From positions 34,782,001 to 34,846,000 of the forward strand of contig NW_026262582.1 of NCBI RefSeq assembly GCF_021869535.1: a DNA stretch of 64,000 bases. Direction: 5' to 3'. A model generated the notes under the pieces. It was not told the origin of the DNA and made no database searches. It saw only the letters and a list, made by a program, of their open reading frames with translations. The DNA is from Mytilus californianus. Its lineage: Eukaryota. Numbering within the stretch: position 1 is the stretch's first letter; the number at the start of each line of letters is the position of its first letter. Shown piece after piece: positions 58,664 to 64,000 of the stretch. The translations under genes and the position numbers were made by a program.

Positions 58664-59291
58664 GTTCTATTTGAGCAGTCAAAATGCATTGACCGTATAT
58701 TTCTATGTCATATACAGTCACTGACCTGATATCACTTTTCCTCATGAATATTTAAATAGAAATTGCCGAAATTATAATTAATTATTCATACGACCTATTC
58801 AACCTGTTCTTGTTTCCAATGTATATAACGACTCAAACTTATTTCTTTTGCAATTTTTAGAAAAAAAAACATATTTCACTTGTAATACTTTTGGTTTTCA
58901 AACTATAAATCATTATGTTTTATGCTTATTGTTGATATTTTAGTTCATTCTCAAACAAATTCGTTCACCTTCGATTGCGGGTTTCAACAGGTAATGTACA
59001 TTTCATTGTGTTGTATATTTCTCCGCCTGCATGATATGGGGCCTTTTTATAAAAGGGGGAAGTTTCCCAATATTTAAATCAAATAATAACATTAACACAT
59101 TAAACAACAATTGAAAATGTTTTTTTTTAGATTGCAGTATAAAGACAATAATAGTGCATTGACTTGACATATCAACGGTATAAGGATTCGGCCCGAAACG
59201 GGAAAAAAGCTCGGCAGAGCCTCGCATTTCCCCGTTTCTAAGCCTCATCCTTATATCGTTGATATGTCAAGTCAATGCACTATTATTGTCT
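58664..59291. mobile_element. Dispersed element with terminal fold-back, copy B
   Basis: Same orientation and same 3' end as copy A; arms spanning 59143-59291. Confidence 0.7.
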
Positions 59292-59336
59292 ATTTATTCA
59301 AAGATGTAGCTATAGGACGGCATCACCAGATCATTC

Positions 59337-59789
59337 TTTTTATGCCCCACCTATGGCATTATGTTTTTCTGTCTGTGCGTCCTTTGGTTTGTCTGTTCGT
59401 CCGCCTGTCTGTTCCGCTTCAGGTTAAAGTGTTTGGTGAAGGTAGTTTTTGATGAAGTTGAAGTCTAATCAACTTGAAACTTAGTACATATGTTACCTAT
59501 GACATGATCTTTCTAATTTTAATGCCAAATTAGAGTTTTTTTTCCCAATTTCACGGTACACTGAACATAGAAAATGGCAGTGCCAGTGGGCAGGTTAAAG
59601 TTTTTGGTCAAGTTAGTTTTTGATGAAGTTGAAGTCCAATCAACTTGAAACTTAGAACACATGTTCCCTATGATATGATCTTTCTCATTAAATGCCAAAT
59701 TAGAGTTTTGACACCAATTATACGGTCAACTGAACACAGAAAATGATAGTGCGAGTGGGGCATCCGTGTACTATTGACACATTTTTGTT
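59337..59789 (+). mobile_element. HINE-like element with internal ~180-bp duplicated unit
   Basis: TTTTATGCCCCAC start, GTCC/GTCT-rich tract, two CAGGTTAAAG...GAACA.AGAAAATG units, 3' GTGT-actatt-GACAC hairpin then TTGTT. Confidence 0.55.
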
Positions 59790-62413
59790 ACTCATTTTTC
59801 AATGTTGTGACATGAGAAGGTCTTGATGAAGGTCCTTTAATTCTGTATTCATTAAATTTTATCTTTTCTTTATTTTTAGGACTTTTACTCTGTACTTTTT
59901 TGCTATTATTCTCTATCATTTAAACCCCCTTCCTAGTCCTAACTTCATGTTGGTTTTTGTTCAATTAAACATTAAAACAGTTCATGTCTTCTCGCTTTGC
60001 TTTCATCAGGTTAACTTTCTGTTTTAGACACCTTTAACAAAAAATCTGATTTTGTCATACGGATACACACATTAAAAACATCATTGGCTTGAATTTCATA
60101 ATCTGATCCAACAGCAACATGTACAAGAACTGAAAGTAGAACGGAGTGTTGACAGATCCATGTTAGATGCCGAAATGTATTTTAGTAAAATTTCCTTTGT
60201 TTACTATCTTATTCTGTTCTTATCACAGATTTGTCAGACATTTTAGAAATAAAAACTTGTATAGATGAATGCCACTTTTCGCACTGATTTGCTAACAAAA
60301 GTCTCGAACAAAAAATATTGAACATTAATTAGTGAACCAAGATGGATTGTAACTTTTTATATATATTACCTATATTGAAACTCACTTCCGAAAGCCAAAA
60401 TTTAAGATTTCAATTTTAATATGAATTCAAAAGTCCCTCTCACTAAATTGCATAGCGTATGTCTTTCCATTTGACTCGCGCTGTTACTGAACACATTTTA
60501 AAAAGTTCTCGTCTAATTAAATTGCTCAAGTTTCCCTTTTAAGTTTTATAGTACATACCTTTGTGTGTACTTTGTAACTGTGCATGAATGACCACAAGGT
60601 TAATATTTCATTGTCTTATAATCAAGATATGAAGAACAATAAGTATCACTGGCTATTTTGGAATACAATTGTGTGTCCCTACTTTAATGAGTGTATGCAT
60701 TTAGTTTATTTACATACTTATTATAAAGCCTAATACTACAATCCTTAGTTTTAAACATTATTTTTACAACGAGAAGCTATCATTTACAAAAGAAAAAAAC
60801 TAATATTGTTCTCAAATTTTGATCACAGTACAAAGCGATCTTATTCATGTTATTATCCATTCTTTTATTTTGTACATTAAAACTTATGTACAATTAAACA
60901 TTGTGAAAGGAAATTCAAGCCATTTGAGTGGACGGGGAAATGTAATATAGTTGGGGAACATTATAATAATGTCATATAAAATGATGATGATGGCGATCAA
61001 TGGGTTAAAACCTTCCTATGGAAACTTCGTAAAATGCCCCCATACATGTTAAAAGTAATGAACCTAATAAAGAATCTTTTCTTTCTGCACAATCATGACA
61101 GTATAGTCATACTAAATGTTGAAAACACCTGAATAAAACAACAAATATAGTAGACAATTACAAAATTATTATCCATTTAAATCAAAGAAAAATTGCGGTT
61201 AAAGAATCAGAAACCCAACAAAACATTAATGCAAAACAAAAAATACTCCATGGCCACCGGTCGGCATACAATCTGTAGCGGTATACAAGATGTGAATCGT
61301 TTCGAATCTTAGATAAATAAAAGATAAATTGAAAAAAAAAGATACAGCAACAAATTTATTTCATAAAGCAATGTCACAAGTTTAGATTCAACAATATATA
61401 TTATACAATTTGAAGTATTGATTTGAGTATTTACTGTCGTCTATTGAGACATCACCGAATTAAAAATTTTGCTGGGGTTCGTGTTGCTCAGTCTTTAGTT
61501 TTTTTATGAAGTGCTTTCATGGCCTGTTATTTTGGGTCCTTTTATAACTGATTATACTGTGTGGGTTTTGCTCATTGTTGAAGGCCGTACGGTGACCTAT
61601 AATTGTTAACTTATATGTCATTTGGTCTCTGGTCGTCTCATTGGCAATCATACTACATCTTCTTATTTTTATTTTGTTTATCTTTTTGTCGTCTTTTGTT
61701 TTCTGCAATTTCAATGTCTAAATTTGTTTTGACTAATGTGTCTGATGTCCCTTTGTTATCTTTTAAAGCCATTTCAACTAAATATTGACTATCAGGAGGA
61801 TTATTAATTGTGTTTCTAGTTAAATCAAAACTTGACTAATGCATACGAAACGTCTAATTGATGACTGAATTAAAGATTGGAAAGTTCAGAAATGATTTCT
61901 TCAAGATGATTTAGAATTATTTCCTTTCTTGATTTTGAAATGCCCATTGAAAGACATGATGCATTGCCTTATAATTTGTTTATTAAGAGTATCATTTCAA
62001 AACTTTATCTGAGATTCGTTCATCAAAAACCAGTTTTAAATATCTGAACGGTTGGTCGTTTTTAAAACGATCAATGTAGTTGTAATGCGTTACATGTAGT
62101 AAATAATTTAACAATAGACAGGTGAGTACAGGGAAAACTCGGTTTATCTTTTTACTTCTCGACCTCGTCTGTACTTGCTGTATGTCAAAAGATTTCGCTC
62201 CGCGCACCTGTTTTCCAATATATTAATGAGATCTTCTGCATATCTCTATATGGCATTTCGCGCATGCATGATTATCTTTTTTTCCTCCAATGCCTTTGTC
62301 CTTTTCCTTTAAGTTTCAGTAGAAGAGTAATTTGATTTTTTTTCTCATTTAATACTCATCAATCACGATTGAATTAACATAAATTATAATACAATAAACA
62401 GTTATTGAGTTAA

Positions 62414-63023
62414 GGTAGATGGGGTGTCTAAATTATGATCCATAGATTTATTTAATAATTTGCCAAAATGTAGTTTATATCATGCTTTTTAAAAAAAAAA
62501 TAATAAAAAGAATGGGTCACGGGGCTTATTTTCACGCTACAGGTTGTGCAAAATTGACAGATTTTGTATAGATTATGCATGGAAAACCCAATTTTCTGCC
62601 ATAAAACGAAAACTACACCATAGAATTTTGAGATAAAATATGAGAAGATAGATTTTATATTATGCTTTCAGATAAGAAAAAGAAAAAATGGGGTCACGGG
62701 ACCCGTTTTCTTGCTACATAATAAAATAGTTGAATTCCTAACACATTCTATTGTAAAAGTAACTTTATCTGAATTATCTGCCCTTACATTTGAGTTGCCT
62801 CTCCTTATGTGGCAAAGTTGGAAAAAATAGAATCAAACAAAAGTATTCTGTTTTTCTGTAAAATACAACCATAAATATGATAAAATATGTCATTTTCTAT
62901 ATTGAACACATCTTACACATGAATTACCTACTACTCTCCAAATTTGCACCTTTTATTAAAGATTAAGACCGATTGTTTTCTGGTATTTCAAAATCCAAGA
63001 TGGAGGAAGACACCCTATCTACC
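62414..63023. mobile_element. 610-bp TTAA-target MITE
   Basis: TIRs GGTAGATGGGGTGTCT / AGACACCCTATCTACC (15/16), TTAA on both sides. Confidence 0.75.
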
Positions 63024-64000
63024 TTAATAGAAAATATATACAAAACATTATACATATCACAATAAGTTATTTAGGTTTCTAATAAAAGAAGCCACCTGTC
63101 TATATAATTTAACATTGCAATACGATAACATGACTGCTAAGATCTGTTTACTTGGATCAATCAACACATTCTCTTCTTTCTTGTTTGCTTCAATGACGCT
63201 TTAAATTGACATTTGATTTGTTTAGAATTTTCGAATTCACTAACTGATTGTACATTTTTAATCCTGAACACGTATTACAAACTTCAAACTGTAAGTAGAG
63301 AAAGGTTCCGTTCTGTTGTGCTTATGACTTAAAATAAAAACTTAAATCAGAAAATCCGTAGTGCAATGTTAGTATATTGAGCACTACAGTAAATTTTGAT
63401 GTTCACATCCTTTTACAAGAATTGATAGTAATTTTATTGATAATAGAACATTTGCTAATTTTATGACACTTCATCAATGACAAACCGCCAAATATTCAAT
63501 TTTATTTTTCTGTAAAAGGAAGGAACTTCTTTACAAGTAACAATCTCACATTGCTTATTGAAAATATGAATATTAAGTTTAAAGTGACTTATAGGTCCAA
63601 CGGGTCGGGTGTAATTTAACATAACTATTGTATTATCATTATGTAATATTATTTATGCTACACACGGGAAATTACTATTCAGACAATTATTTTTCTTTCG
63701 TGTATAGCAGATTCTTGTCTTCATTTCCGTTTGCCTTTACAATACAATGGATAACGCAAATCTGATGTAAGCTATCGAATCATAGTTTCCGATGGCCAAT
63801 AGAAGAGTGTGTTGTGCGCTAATTATTTGTTCTTCTATATTTTCATCATTCAGTTATATAAACAAGGTGATTTGAAGTAAACTATAGTTATCAAGCAGAT
63901 ATCGTTAAGATTTTTATAGGTAGTCATATATATTTAATATGGTGTGTGTCATAAGAATTATAGGTATTTTAGATGTATATGTATAGAAATTATGGTTTAT

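Overview
AT-rich animal genomic DNA. Its repeat families look like those of mytilid mussels (Mytilus); this is an inference from recalled repeat motifs, not a database match. Two spliced genes lie tail-to-tail, both reconstructed by hand from GT-AG sites, phase matching and translation; most supplied ORFs are noise. (1) Plus strand, 12976-26208: four exons encoding a non-canonical C-type lectin domain, a linker and a PAN/apple domain; the start exon is uncertain. (2) Minus strand, 51117-28622: 20 exons encoding a ~850-aa type I membrane M12B (reprolysin) metalloprotease. Its order is signal peptide, Cys-free prodomain, furin site, catalytic domain with HELGHNLNSNHD, two tandem ADAMTS-type Cys-rich modules, PLAC-like six-Cys motif, Thr-rich stalk, transmembrane helix and basic tail. 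No TSP1 repeats were found, and the signal-peptide exon appears 1 nt short in a homopolymer. The rest is mobile DNA and repeats: a Helitron-like element, a CACTG-ended (EnSpm-like) insertion, nested TTAA-target elements, MITEs, HINE-like elements, Penelope-like RT fragments with four decayed hammerhead-ribozyme motifs, tRNA-derived units and two intronic minisatellites (29 bp and 45 bp). No CRISPR array, rRNA or intact tRNA gene was seen.
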